Origin: an uncultured delta proteobacterium
GTDB taxonomy: Bacteria > Desulfobacterota > Binatia > UBA9968
DNA length: 64,000 bases
Reading direction: 5' to 3'
Assembly: GCA_963727625.1 (NCBI GenBank)
Contig: CAVSHR010000004.1
Coordinates: 1,248,001-1,312,000 of the forward strand
The notes beneath the pieces are model-generated. The model was not told where the DNA came from, made no database searches, and was given only the letters and a program-made list of their open reading frames with translations. Made by a program: the position numbers and the translations under genes. Shown one piece after another: positions 48,105 through 58,186 of the stretch (positions within the stretch are counted from its first letter, which is position 1; each line of letters begins with the position of its first letter).

Positions 48105-49187
48105 ATGATCACGCGATACTGGAAAAACCTGCTCGTCGTCATAGTGATCGCGGCCTCGCTCGGCGGCTTCGGCTGGTGGTGGTGGGTCACTTCCGGCTAC
48201 GTGTCTACAGACGATGCACGCATCAAAGCCGATATCGTAGCGATCAGCGCCGAGCTGACGGCCAAGATCACTTCGCTCTCGAAGCGCGAGGGCGATCGGG
48301 TTGCCCGCGACGAGGTCTTGGCTACCCTTGACCGCCGCGAGCTTCAAATTCAAATTCAACAGGCCGGGGCAGAGATCGATCGCCTTCGGAGCATGGCCCA
48401 GCGAGAGGCAAAAAACATCGAGCTGCAAAAATCGACACAGCGCGAAGAAGTCGCCAAAGCCGAGGCGGCGCTGCGCGCGTCGCGTTATAACTACGAAGAC
48501 GCCCGCGCCCACGCCGTTCAGGCCAAGGACGATTGGCGGAGAAATAAGAGACTCTTCGAAAAGCAGCTGGTTGCGGAACAGGATCTCGACCGCACCACGA
48601 CCTTGCTACGCCAATCCGAAGCTCAGTTGTCCGCCCTGCAGGAAAAGATCAAGGAGTCAGAGTCGCTGCTCGATCTCGCGCGGCTCAAATCCGGCGAGAT
48701 TGCCGTCATGGAATCGGAGCTGCAAGCGCGCAAGGCGGAGGTGCGGCGCGCCAACGCGGAGATCGCCGATCTGCGGCGCAAACTGCAGTTGACGATGATC
48801 CGCAGCCCGGTGAACGGAGTGGTCGTGAAGAAGAGCGCCAATCCAGGGGAAGTGACCCAGATCGGCCAGCCGATTTACATGATTGTCGACTCAAGCCGAT
48901 TTTGGGTCGAAGCCAATGTCGAGGAAACCGAGATTCGTTTCGTGAAGCCCGGCCACCCGGTCATCATCCAAGTGGATTCCTATCCCGATCGTCAGTTCGC
49001 CGGCAAAGTCATTGAAGTCGGCGGCGCAACCGTCTCAGAATTTTCGCTGTTCAACCCCCAGAAGCTCACCGGCCAGTTCATTAAATCGACCCAGCGTCTG
49101 CCGGTCAAGATCTCCGTCGACAACACCACAGGCCTCTTAAAAGTCGGAATGCTCGTCGTCGTACGCATCAAAAAAAGCGCTTCCTGA
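48105..49187 (+). CDS. HlyD/EmrA family membrane fusion protein
   Basis: N-terminal TM, YVSTDDA, coiled coil, IRSPVNG, ANVEET, TGQFIKSTQRLPVKI. Confidence 0.9.
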   Translation: MITRYWKNLLVVIVIAASLGGFGWWWWVTSGYVSTDDARIKADIVAISAELTAKITSLSKREGDRVARDEVLATLDRRELQIQIQQAGAEIDRLRSMAQREAKNIELQKSTQREEVAKAEAALRASRYNYEDARAHAVQAKDDWRRNKRLFEKQLVAEQDLDRTTTLLRQSEAQLSALQEKIKESESLLDLARLKSGEIAVMESELQARKAEVRRANAEIADLRRKLQLTMIRSPVNGVVVKKSANPGEVTQIGQPIYMIVDSSRFWVEANVEETEIRFVKPGHPVIIQVDSYPDRQFAGKVIEVGGATVSEFSLFNPQKLTGQFIKSTQRLPVKISVDNTTGLLKVGMLVVVRIKKSAS

Positions 49188-49196
49188 GGCTGTCGT

Positions 49197-50750
49197 ATGG
49201 ATCCTTCCGAAACTTCTCCGCCAAACGACGACGGTCTGCGCAAGTGGTGGATCGCGATCACGCTCTTTCTCGGCACCCTGTCCGTTGGCCTCAGCGTCAG
49301 CGCGGTCAACATCGCCATTCCGACGATTATGTCGTCGCTCGGCACTTCGCTTAACCGCATTCAGTGGGTCCTGACCGGCTTTATGATCACGCGCACAGTG
49401 CTCATTCCCTCGGTCGGCTGGCTCGGCGAGCGCATGGGCGACCGCAATCTCTTCATCGCCAGCACGACCGTCTTTACCGCCGGCTCGCTGCTCTGCTCGT
49501 TTTCTTGGAACGCCGAGTCGCTGATTCTCTTTCGTATCGTTCAGGCGATGGGCGCCGGCCCGCTGCTCGGCGTGTCCATGGCGATCATGTTCGAAGCCTT
49601 CCCGCGCCACGAGCGCGGCTTCGCCATGGGCCTGTTCATGACCGGCTGGTCGCTCGGCCCATTCTTCGGTCCCTTGCTCGGCGGTTACTTGACCGAGCAC
49701 GTGCACTGGCGCGCGATCTTCTACATCAACCTGCCGACCGGGCTGCTGAGCATCGTCAGCGGCTACTATCTGCTGCCGCGCGTGCAGGCAAAATCCCCTA
49801 GCGCCGCGCCGCTCGATCTCTTCGGCCTGATGACCATGGCCTCCGGCACTGTAACCCTGTTGTTGGCGCTCAATCTCGGACACGAGGAAGGTTGGGGCAG
49901 CCGGCTGATCGTCACCCTGTTCGCCGCATCGGCCCTGTTCTTCGCGCTCTTCATCGTCGCCGAATTGAGAACGAAACACCCTTTTATTGAGCTGCGCTAC
50001 TTCCGCGATGTCAACTTCAGCCTGGCGAACTTTATGATCTTCCTGCGCGTTTTCGGATTTCGCGGCACGAGTTTTCTGCTCGCCCTGTTCTTGCAAAGGG
50101 GACTGAATTACACGCCGACCCAGGCGGGAATTTTTCTCTTGCCCGGCGCGGTCATCACCGGCTTGTGGTCGCCGGTGGCGGGAAAAATGACCGACCTACT
50201 CGGACCGCGAATCCCAATCGTCGGCGGCTTTGCAATTCTCATTTTTGCGCTTTACGGCCTCTCCCATTTGACGTTGTGGAGCACTGTGACGTTTATTTTC
50301 CTTTTCATGTGCGTCAGGAGCGTCGGCCAGTCAAGCCTCAATGCCCCGCTCAACACCGTGGCCCTAGCCGCCATTCCCGAAGGCCGCGCGCGCATGGGCA
50401 GCGGCATGATCGGCATGACGCGCGGCCTCGGCGAGGCCTTCAGCATCGCAGTGCTGAGCGTATGGCTCGAGCGCTATGCATTTTTCAATCTTTATTCGAT
50501 CCCAACGCTTCAAGGCGCGCCGTTCGCCGCTAGCGCCCGCCTGCGTGTGCTCGCGCAGATCCACGGGCTGCTGATCGACGCCGGTCAATACGGCCTCGCA
50601 CTGCAAGAGCGCGCCCATTCTCTTCTCGCCCACACGCTTATCAACCAAGCCCTGACCCAAGCCTACCAAGACATGTTCTTCCTGATTGGAGTGCTCAACC
50701 TCGGCTTGCTCGTCATCGCGCTTTTTCTCCGCACCAAGCGCGCCCGATAA
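49197..50750 (+). CDS. DHA2 family efflux MFS permease (EmrB/QacA)
   Basis: VNIAIP, QWVLTGF, RIVQAMG, GPLLGGYLTE..WRAIFYINLP; 14 TM; follows EmrA-like gene. Confidence 0.92.
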   Translation: MDPSETSPPNDDGLRKWWIAITLFLGTLSVGLSVSAVNIAIPTIMSSLGTSLNRIQWVLTGFMITRTVLIPSVGWLGERMGDRNLFIASTTVFTAGSLLCSFSWNAESLILFRIVQAMGAGPLLGVSMAIMFEAFPRHERGFAMGLFMTGWSLGPFFGPLLGGYLTEHVHWRAIFYINLPTGLLSIVSGYYLLPRVQAKSPSAAPLDLFGLMTMASGTVTLLLALNLGHEEGWGSRLIVTLFAASALFFALFIVAELRTKHPFIELRYFRDVNFSLANFMIFLRVFGFRGTSFLLALFLQRGLNYTPTQAGIFLLPGAVITGLWSPVAGKMTDLLGPRIPIVGGFAILIFALYGLSHLTLWSTVTFIFLFMCVRSVGQSSLNAPLNTVALAAIPEGRARMGSGMIGMTRGLGEAFSIAVLSVWLERYAFFNLYSIPTLQGAPFAASARLRVLAQIHGLLIDAGQYGLALQERAHSLLAHTLINQALTQAYQDMFFLIGVLNLGLLVIALFLRTKRAR

Positions 50751-50913
50751 CACCTCATGCCGTTCGAGTTTGATCGAGCAAGAACGACCGAAGCAGCAAG
50801 CGTCGGCACCGAGGGTTTGGCAAAAAGAGAGGATTGATTCGGTGTCCCCCCGATACACTCCGAGAAAATTCTGCGCGGGTTTGAAGGATGCCGAGAGAGT
50901 TTTTAGCAGCCCG

Positions 50914-51681
50914 CTAATTTGTCAGCTTGTTACGCACGCCACGACGCGCCCACAGAAGCAGCAGCAAAGACATTCCCAGCGTATAAACCAGATCCCACAG
51001 CACGATCACGGAAAACTCGCCGTTGAACGCGGCGCGCGCCAAGCGCACGGGGTGCAGCAGCGGCAACACCTCGGCGACCCAGAGCCACGGACCTGCCAGC
51101 CTTTCCTTCAGCGGGAAGAACACATCGGAAAACAAAAACAACGGGGTGAGAAACAGCGTGAAATAAAAACTAAACATGTCGATGTTCGGGATTCGCAGTG
51201 AGAAAACCATGCCGATGGCGGCGAAGAGCAGTCCCGTCAAAGGAATCACTAAGAGCGCCGACAGCGACGACGGCAAGGGCGCGAGCCCAAAAAACATCAA
51301 CACGATGAAGAAGCATCCGCCGTAGACACAGGCGCGAGTCACCGCCCACAACACTTCACCGGCCAGAATATCGTCGGGCTCAATCGGCGTCGTCAGCATC
51401 GCATCGTAGGTCTTTTCAAAAACCAGCCGCACGTAGATGTTATAGGTCACCTCGAAGCTCGCCCCGTTCATCGCCGCCACGCAGACGAGCCCTGGCGCGA
51501 GGAACGCAAGATAGCTCGTGCCGCCGATCTCTGAAATATAAGCACCGACGCCGACACCGATGGAAAATAGATAGAAAACCGGCTCGAAGAAATTGGGCAA
51601 AATATTCCACTTCCATGTCTTCTTGTACATGGCGGCGTTGCGCCGCCACACCGCCAGTGCGTAGGGAAGCGAAACACTCAC
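50914..51681 (-). CDS. ABC-2 type permease (NodJ-like)
   Basis: VWRRN, EPVFYL, YLAFLAPG, TYDAMLTTP, LFLFSDVFFP. Confidence 0.88.
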   Translation of the reverse strand: MSVSLPYALAVWRRNAAMYKKTWKWNILPNFFEPVFYLFSIGVGVGAYISEIGGTSYLAFLAPGLVCVAAMNGASFEVTYNIYVRLVFEKTYDAMLTTPIEPDDILAGEVLWAVTRACVYGGCFFIVLMFFGLAPLPSSLSALLVIPLTGLLFAAIGMVFSLRIPNIDMFSFYFTLFLTPLFLFSDVFFPLKERLAGPWLWVAEVLPLLHPVRLARAAFNGEFSVIVLWDLVYTLGMSLLLLLWARRGVRNKLTN

Positions 51682-52625
51682 GGTTTGGTCTCCAGGCTGG
51701 TTCCGGTAAGGGACAGATAGAAGTCTTCGAGATTGGTGGGCCGGACGATGATCGGGCGGCGATCTCCCTGGTCGTGGCGGCGAATTTGGTCGATAAGCCC
51801 GGTGGCATCGTCAACGTAAAGCATCAACCGTCTGCCGACGCGCAAGCGCCGATCCGGTGCGACGCCGTCGAGCAGCGCCGCTTCTTCATGTGGCGTGCAG
51901 TCAAACTCCACCGTTTCCGGCGCCAGTCGCGTCGTAATGAGCTCCTCCGGGGCCCCCAAGGCAATCACTTTGCCCGCCGAAACGATGGCAACCCGGTCGC
52001 ATAGACGCTGCGCTTCATCCATGTAGTGAGTCGTGATCAGCACGGTGGTACCGGCCGCGCGCAAATCTCTGATGCGCGACCACAAGACCAAGCGCACCGC
52101 AGGGTCGAGTCCGGTGGTCGGTTCGTCGAGGATCAAAAGTTCCGGGCCGTTGATCAATGACAGCGCAATCGCCAAACGCCGCTGGAATCCGCCCGACAAT
52201 TGCCGCACGGGAAGATGAGCGTGGGAGCGCAGCTCAAGGAAGTCGATCAATTCTTCCGCGCGCCGCGAAAGCTCCGGCTCGCGCAGCAAATGATACCGGC
52301 CGAAAACCAAAAGGTTCTCTTTGGGCGACAACGCCTCGATCAGAACGTTCTGCTGCAAAGTCACGCCGAGCCGCGAGCGCACCGCTCGCACACGCTGCCC
52401 GATATCCATACCGAACACGCGAATCGTGCCGCTTGTAGCACGGGTGACACCGTAGATCATGCGCAGGGTCGTGGTCTTTCCGGCGCCGTTGGGTCCCAGA
52501 AGCCCAAAGCAGACGCGCGCTGGAACATCGAGATCAAGATCCTTTACGGCGAACCGCTCGCCGAATTTTTTCGAAATTCCACGGACCTCGACCACCGGCG
52601 ATGTAGCTGAAGCTTGCTGCTTCAT
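51678..52625 (-). CDS. ABC transporter ATP-binding protein (NodI-like)
   Basis: GPNGAGKTT, LSGG, LDEPTTGLDP, TTHYMDEA. Confidence 0.92.
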   Translation of the reverse strand: MKQQASATSPVVEVRGISKKFGERFAVKDLDLDVPARVCFGLLGPNGAGKTTTLRMIYGVTRATSGTIRVFGMDIGQRVRAVRSRLGVTLQQNVLIEALSPKENLLVFGRYHLLREPELSRRAEELIDFLELRSHAHLPVRQLSGGFQRRLAIALSLINGPELLILDEPTTGLDPAVRLVLWSRIRDLRAAGTTVLITTHYMDEAQRLCDRVAIVSAGKVIALGAPEELITTRLAPETVEFDCTPHEEAALLDGVAPDRRLRVGRRLMLYVDDATGLIDQIRRHDQGDRRPIIVRPTNLEDFYLSLTGTSLETKP

Positions 52626-52773
52626 TTGATTTCTGTGTGCGTAACGTTACAGGACCCGCTCCACTCCATCGGAAACAAAAGGCGAGCAAATCGCGTCCTG
52701 CGAAGCTGAACGAACCTCGGCATTGACCGGAAACAATTGCGAATTTATCGACTTGAAACCGAATTGTGTTTCT

Positions 52774-52916
52774 GTCGTTTCGGCGCATACCGGAATCCAG
52801 ATGTTTTTTGCATTCGGACCCGGAGGGAACCTGGATGCCGGTGTCCGCCGGAGCATGACCAACCTTGGCCTCGCCTCAAGCATGCCCTGAGGTCTCTCGA
52901 AGGAGCGAGGGATCTC
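52774..52916. repeat. Cluster of degenerate REP-like palindromes
   Basis: GTCGTTTCGGCGCATACCGGAATCCAG (52774) inverted with CTGGATGCCGGTGTCCGCCGGAGCATGAC (52831); CCCTGAG..CGAAGG..GATCTC at 52885-52916. Confidence 0.5.
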
Positions 52917-53117
52917 AACCATCCCCGATGGACACATCAAAAATCTGACTTATTCTGATCGTAACCGCAAGCATGGCGGTCGCCACTCGTGCACTATTGG
53001 AAATCAAGCAAACGAACCACCCCGCAAGATGCTGCGGAGCATCGAAGCCAACATACTCCGAGACAAACTATAGGATGGCAAGATTTTGATCTTACCAATT
53101 TAGCGATCACACGCGGA

Positions 53118-53159
53118 GCCGCAAACGTGCCCTATGATTTAGAGCGGATCGTTTGCGGC
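53118..53159 (-). terminator. Hairpin downstream of 53163-53495 gene
   Basis: GCCGCAAACG / CGTTTGCGGC perfect 10-bp stem; no clear U-tract. Confidence 0.4.
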
Positions 53160-53162
53160 CAA

Positions 53163-53495
53163 TTATTTTTTTCCGGTGTTCTTTCTAATATCTCGCACGG
53201 CCTGGCGCTCTTGCCTCGCCCTACCCTCGAAGGTTTGCAACGCCGTGACTTCCCAATCAAGCGTTCCCCACATGGGAATCCTTCTCAACATTTGGTCCAA
53301 GTCATCGTTTGATTTTGCTTCGGCAATAAATACAAACGCTCGATCGCCCACGGGAAGCCCGCCGAATATGGTTTTTTTCCTTTCAAGGGCAATCAATCCA
53401 GCGAAACTCGGGAGAACTACACTCTGCAGCACCTCCAATGTTTCTTCAGGAGACGCGAACCCAGGACCACCCGATCCGACAACGAGATATTTCAT
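53163..53495 (-). CDS. Small dimeric alpha/beta-barrel protein (muconolactone isomerase-like)
   Basis: AAAGGA RBS; GGLPVGDRAFVFIAEAKSNDDLDQMLRRIPMW..WEVTAL pattern. Confidence 0.6.
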   Translation of the reverse strand: MKYLVVGSGGPGFASPEETLEVLQSVVLPSFAGLIALERKKTIFGGLPVGDRAFVFIAEAKSNDDLDQMLRRIPMWGTLDWEVTALQTFEGRARQERQAVRDIRKNTGKK

Positions 53496-53838
53496 AGACT
53501 ATCCTTTCGATTATTGAGGTTTCCAACCTACGCTGTTAATCATATGAACGGTGAGAAGCGACACCAGTGTATACGACCGCTGCAAAAAACAAACACAGCG
53601 CGGCAAGAATTATTTGCTCTGATCGATTACGGTTCGCGTTCCTTCCGATCGATCTGGTCGCATCGCGATGATAGCTGGAAGGCACAACCTCATTTAGGCT
53701 CCGCTACCTTTCCGCCGCACGGTTCCGCGGCGTCAATCCAAAACATGCCAGCGTTATACTGAACCGCAGGACTTAATGTAACGGCACTTAAGGCAAATCT
53801 CACAGGATTACGTCCTGGGAGATACAGTTCCATTGTAA

Positions 53839-53896
53839 CTGGAACGCCGCAAATCAGCAGCCGCGTTAGCGGTCGGATGGATTTGCCTTGTTATGC
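53839..53896 (-). other. Integron attC-like site (degenerate)
   Basis: Minus strand GCATAAC-AAG-GCAAATC...GATTTGC-GGC-GTTCCAG, 6 nt after native stop of globin remnant. Confidence 0.5.
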
Positions 53897-53902
53897 GTTC
53901 GG

Positions 53903-54114
53903 CTATACTTCAACAATGTCTTTTTTTTCAGACTCAAGACGAACGCCGCCACTTCCTCACATTCCGGCTGGGGAACTTGTAAAGCCTTCATGGTTGCGCC
54001 GGCATGTTGGAGGAAAATCGACCAATCGCTTCCACTGATCTTCATGTCTTTGTGAGACAATTTCATGTCTCGGCCCATGTAGTAGACGGGGCCACCGGCA
54101 CTGGCACACATCAA
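53903..54114 (-). pseudogene. Group 1 truncated hemoglobin C-terminal remnant
   Basis: CASAGGPVYYMGRDMKLSH..MKIS..DW; A8 run frameshifts the expected SLKKDIVEV* end; N-terminus missing. Confidence 0.65.
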
Positions 54115-54133
54115 TTCTAGCGTCGCTGCGTGG

Positions 54134-54226
54134 TCATTTGATCACCTTATCCGCCGGCGCGAGCACGTTCGGAATCGTCAGACCAGCCTGATTGGCAGTC
54201 TTGAGATTGGCCACAAACTCGAACTT
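54134..54226 (-). pseudogene. C-terminal remnant of ABC_sub_bind-type substrate-binding protein
   Basis: Manual translation KFEFVANLKTANQAGLTIPNVLAPADKVIK*. Confidence 0.6.
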
Positions 54227-54500
54227 CCTCAACGGATGCGCCTCGGCTATCACTCCAACATTCTTGAGGCTATTTAGCACAAACTCGGAAGTCGAGAAAA
54301 GTGTCATCTATGGCGGAAGGAAAACCGGATTGGTCGAGTATGAAAGGCTAATTTCAGCCTGAAATTGAACTGAACACAACGGTCAAAGCGTCGGTGAGAA
54401 TCGTTAGGAGGTGAATTTCCAGTCAATTTCAGGGCGACCGTTTAAGCTCAACCCGGCGCACTTCGTGTGAAGCCCAAATTTAGATCTTATCTTTCTTGAC

Positions 54501-54602
54501 CTATGCACGCTCACACTCGATCACACTCACCTCGGACGGCGTCGGGTAAACCTTCGTTAGGCCAAAGCCGGCCGCCTCAACGAGGGCACGATGCTCCGCC
54601 GC
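54501..54602 (-). pseudogene. C-terminal remnant of SAM-dependent O-methyltransferase
   Basis: Manual translation AAEHRALVEAAGFGLTKVYPTPSEVSVIECERA*. Confidence 0.5.
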
Positions 54603-54623
54603 GATCACGAGCACGGTCCTACA

Positions 54624-55696
54624 TCAGTTCGGCGCCACCCAAGCCGTGAGGATTGACGGCGTATCTTGCATCACCGGCTGCCACGATTCACCGCGGTCGC
54701 GGGTCGCGTACAGCGCGCCATTACCTTTGATGCGCGCGTCGAAGCCGTAGCCCCGCGCGCCGTCGCCCATGCCGCAAAAAAGCGCGTTCGGATCGATCGG
54801 ATGGTGCACCAGCACCCAGGGCATCCAAGGATTTTCCTTTTCCAGTCCCTGGGTGACGATGCGCCAATTTTCACCATCGTCGTCGCTCAGCATGATACAG
54901 CCGTGTGGATGAATTCTTTCCCGGCCCCACACTCCCGGAGAACCCTTGCCGCCGCACAGCACCATGCGCGGCTTTTCGCCGGGAGAAAATGCCACTCATG
55001 CGAATAGCTGTAAAGCGGTGTGTAACCCCAGGGCATGCCGTTCTCGACGCGCCGCCACTGTTTGCCGGCGTCGTCGCTGCGATAAAAGCCGCGCGCCGAA
55101 GAAACGTAATAGCGCTCTTTGCTGCCGGGATAATTCTCGATGTAGTGCATGTCGACGTAGTCGATGCCCGTGCTGCGGTCCTCCCAGGTCTTGCCGCGGT
55201 CTCTGCTGAGCAGGTTGCCGCCATGCTCGAGCAGCACCCAGATGAGGTTTTGCTCTTCGGGATGGATAAAGATATGGCGCACGTGGGGAAACTCGATGCC
55301 AACCAGACGCGGCGGCACGCCCCATTTCTTTTTCACGTCATCGCCGAAATCGAGCATGCCGTCGAGCGGCTCCCAGCTTTTGCCGTTGTCCTCGCTGCGG
55401 AAAAGCCGGATCGGCCCGATTCCCACGTAGACGATGCGCTCATCATGCGGATCGACGGTGAACGTGCGCACGTCCCCTTCCATGATTTTCGTCCAGCTCT
55501 TGCCGGCGTCTTCACTGCGATAACCGCCGTCGAAGGCCACAGCGGCGAAGACGACCTCCGGCTTGTTCCTGCAGCCGATCAAATGCTCCACAGTCTTCCC
55601 CGAAAAAAACTCGCCGACGGGGGTCATGGAGCCCGAACGGTCTTCCATCACCTGCAAGCCGCCGTTGTGAGCGATGTAATAGCGCAGCGAATCCAT
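54624..55696 (-). pseudogene. BNR/Asp-box beta-propeller protein split by a 1-nt frameshift (pseudogene or sequence error)
   Basis: Repeated SxDxGxxW boxes in both ORFs 54887-55696 and 54624-54995; frame switch at CTCCCGGC near 54980. Confidence 0.7.
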
Positions 55697-55710
55697 AAGA
55701 CCTCCCGGTT

Positions 55711-55816
55711 ATGAAAGGACGAAGGATAAAGACGAAAGGATAAGTTTAGAAAGTTTTATCGCCTATTCCATTTACTCTCTACTTCATCCTTTTATCCCTT
55801 TGCCCTTATCCTTTGC
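55711..55816. repeat. Inverted heptamer repeat hairpin (GATAAAG/CTTTATC type)
   Basis: ATGAAAG GACGAAG GATAAAG ACGAAAG GATAAG ... CTTCATC CTTTTATC CCTTTGC CCTTATC CTTTGC. Confidence 0.65.
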
Positions 55817-58036
55817 TTACCCTCGCGCCCTAAGCGCATTGTAAACCTTTTCCGACGTCACCGGTAAATCCGTGATGCGCACGCCGCAGGCGTCCGCCAC
55901 AGCATTCGCCACCGCCGCCGCCGTGGGCACGTTGGCGACTTCGCCAATCGCCAAGCTGTTGTACGGCCCCGGTCCCGCCGGAACGTTTTCCATCACTTCG
56001 GTCTTTAGCCGCGGGATGTCCATGATGTTGGGGATCTTGAACTCGCCGAAATTCGACGTGGTGATCTTGCCGCCGTCGAACAGCACCTCTTCGGTCAAAG
56101 CGTAGCCGAGACCGAACACTACGCCGCCTTCGATCTGCCCCTGATGCATCAGCGGATTGATGACTTTCCCCGTCGTATGCGCCGAGATCATGTTGCGCAG
56201 AGTGACTTTTCCGGTCTCTGGATCGACGTGGACTTCGGCGATCTGTGCCGACACCGAGGCGTCGTGGGATTTCTCCGTGCTTTTATAGTAACCGCGCACG
56301 TAGATCGGCGCGCCTTTGAATTTCACCACGTCGGCGAAGCTCATTTTTCGCTTGGACCTCTTGTGCAGGATCATTCCTCGGTCAAGTTCCAGCTCCTTGG
56401 GATCGACCTCCAAGGCTTGCGCCGCAAACGCGAACAGCTCCTCGCGCGCTTTCACGCCGCCTTCATAGGACGCGTTGCCGTACACGCGCGTCGCCCGGCT
56501 GCCGCCGACGCCGCCGTCGCTCGGCACGATGGTGCTGTCGACCTGTTTCAATTCGATCTCGTCCGCGGCCACTTGCAACTCTTGGCCGACAACCTCAACG
56601 ATCACCGTGAGCACGCCCGCGCCTTGGTCGACGACAGGCGTAACGATTTTGACCCGGCCATCCTCTTCGATGGTGACGAAAACATTGCCTTCGCCGCCGC
56701 TCGGGCTCCATTCCGAAAATGACAGGCCACGGCCGACGTTCTTCGGCTTGGGTTTGTTATAACCCGCAAGCTCGATGGCTTTCTCCAACGCTTCATTGCC
56801 GCGGATATGGGAAATATGCCCGCCTGTGGGCGTCTCATCGCCGTCGCGCAGCATATTTTTGCGCTTGAACGCAGCCGGGTCCATACCCAGCTTGCGCGCC
56901 ACCATATCGAGTTGGCTTTCATTGGCAAAAAAACCTTGTGGATCGCCGGGCGCGCGCATGTGGCCGCAAGGAATCTTATTGGTGTACACCATTTGTTCTT
57001 CGATGAGGCAGTTGGCAATCTTATAAGGTCCGGCACAGGTCGACGCGCCGATCAAATACCCTGCCGGCTTCATCGACGCGTAAGCGCCGCTGTCGAAGAG
57101 AAATTGGATGTGGTGCGCCACGATGGCGCCGCTTTTCTTGACGCCGGTTTTGATCTTGATGATCGAGGCGTGACGCGGATTGCCGGCGGTCAATTCTTCT
57201 GTATAGTCCATCACCATTTTCACCGGCTGACCGCTCTTCTTCGACAGAAAATAGGCGACGGGCACGTCCATGAAGCCGCCCTTGCCGCCGAAGTCACCGC
57301 CGATGTGCATCGGATGGAAAATCAGCTTTTCCTTCGGTACGCCGACGCAGTTCGATAGCTGCGTGCGCACCGCAAACGGTGTCTTGCTACACGACCAAAC
57401 ATCCGCGCTGCCCGACGCGTCGGCCTTCACCACACAGGCATGGGGCTCAAGATAAGACTGATGCGTGACCTGCGTCGTGAAAGTGTTCTCGACGATCAGG
57501 TCGGCCTGTTTGAAGCCCTCATCGATATTGCCCTTGCCCCATTTGAGATACGCGAAAACGTTGCTGACGGTCTCAGGCGGCACCGGCAGCCCCCTGTACG
57601 TGAGCAGATTCGGATGGAGCACCTGCGCGCCCGGCTTGGTCGCCTCGACTGGATCGAGCAAAGGCTCCAATTCTTCGTATTCGACTTCGATCAGGTCCAG
57701 GGCCTGCTCCGCCGCCAATTTGGTCTCCGCCGCCACCGCAGCAACTTTCTCCCCGATGAACCGGACCACGCCTTCGGCCAGCACCGGCGTGTCGTAAATG
57801 CACCGGCCAATTCTCAACCCCGGCACATCCCCGCCGGTAATTACCGCCTTGACGCCCGGCACCTGCCAAGCTTTTTCGGTATCGATTCGTTTGATCCGTC
57901 CATAGGGGATAGGGCTGCGCAAACACTTTCCCCACAGCGCATCCGGCAGCTTTAAATCCGCGCTGTACAGTGCCTTGCCCGTAACTTTCAGTTCGCCTTC
58001 CACCCTCGGCGTCGGCTTACCCACAACCTGCATCAT
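55817..58036 (-). CDS. Xanthine dehydrogenase family molybdopterin-binding (large) subunit
   Basis: KVTGKALY, LEPH, GGDFGGKG, MRAPG, GQIEGG, GE..NVPTAAAVANAV; GGAGG RBS. Confidence 0.92.
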   Translation of the reverse strand: MMQVVGKPTPRVEGELKVTGKALYSADLKLPDALWGKCLRSPIPYGRIKRIDTEKAWQVPGVKAVITGGDVPGLRIGRCIYDTPVLAEGVVRFIGEKVAAVAAETKLAAEQALDLIEVEYEELEPLLDPVEATKPGAQVLHPNLLTYRGLPVPPETVSNVFAYLKWGKGNIDEGFKQADLIVENTFTTQVTHQSYLEPHACVVKADASGSADVWSCSKTPFAVRTQLSNCVGVPKEKLIFHPMHIGGDFGGKGGFMDVPVAYFLSKKSGQPVKMVMDYTEELTAGNPRHASIIKIKTGVKKSGAIVAHHIQFLFDSGAYASMKPAGYLIGASTCAGPYKIANCLIEEQMVYTNKIPCGHMRAPGDPQGFFANESQLDMVARKLGMDPAAFKRKNMLRDGDETPTGGHISHIRGNEALEKAIELAGYNKPKPKNVGRGLSFSEWSPSGGEGNVFVTIEEDGRVKIVTPVVDQGAGVLTVIVEVVGQELQVAADEIELKQVDSTIVPSDGGVGGSRATRVYGNASYEGGVKAREELFAFAAQALEVDPKELELDRGMILHKRSKRKMSFADVVKFKGAPIYVRGYYKSTEKSHDASVSAQIAEVHVDPETGKVTLRNMISAHTTGKVINPLMHQGQIEGGVVFGLGYALTEEVLFDGGKITTSNFGEFKIPNIMDIPRLKTEVMENVPAGPGPYNSLAIGEVANVPTAAAVANAVADACGVRITDLPVTSEKVYNALRARG

Positions 58037-58186
58037 CGATATTCCTCCAGCTGGTAAATCTCCCACGGCAGCGCCGCAACTAGCCTTCTTTTTAAACCGG
58101 AATGAGGCAAATTGTCCAGCGATTTGGTCCGACCCAGCCATCGAGCGCGCCGGTGTGAACGCTTTGAACGTTTCAAACGAATTTTT

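Noticed and set aside
50914-52625. Nodulation (nodIJ) function
   Set aside because: No nodABC; the NodIJ-like ABC-2 family is widespread outside rhizobia
54370-54410. Second attC candidate ending GTTAGGA
   Set aside because: Only a half-site; no convincing palindrome
54530-54563. attC-like right end (CGGGTAAACCTTCGTTAGGC)
   Set aside because: No matching left arm; better explained as the reverse-strand methyltransferase remnant
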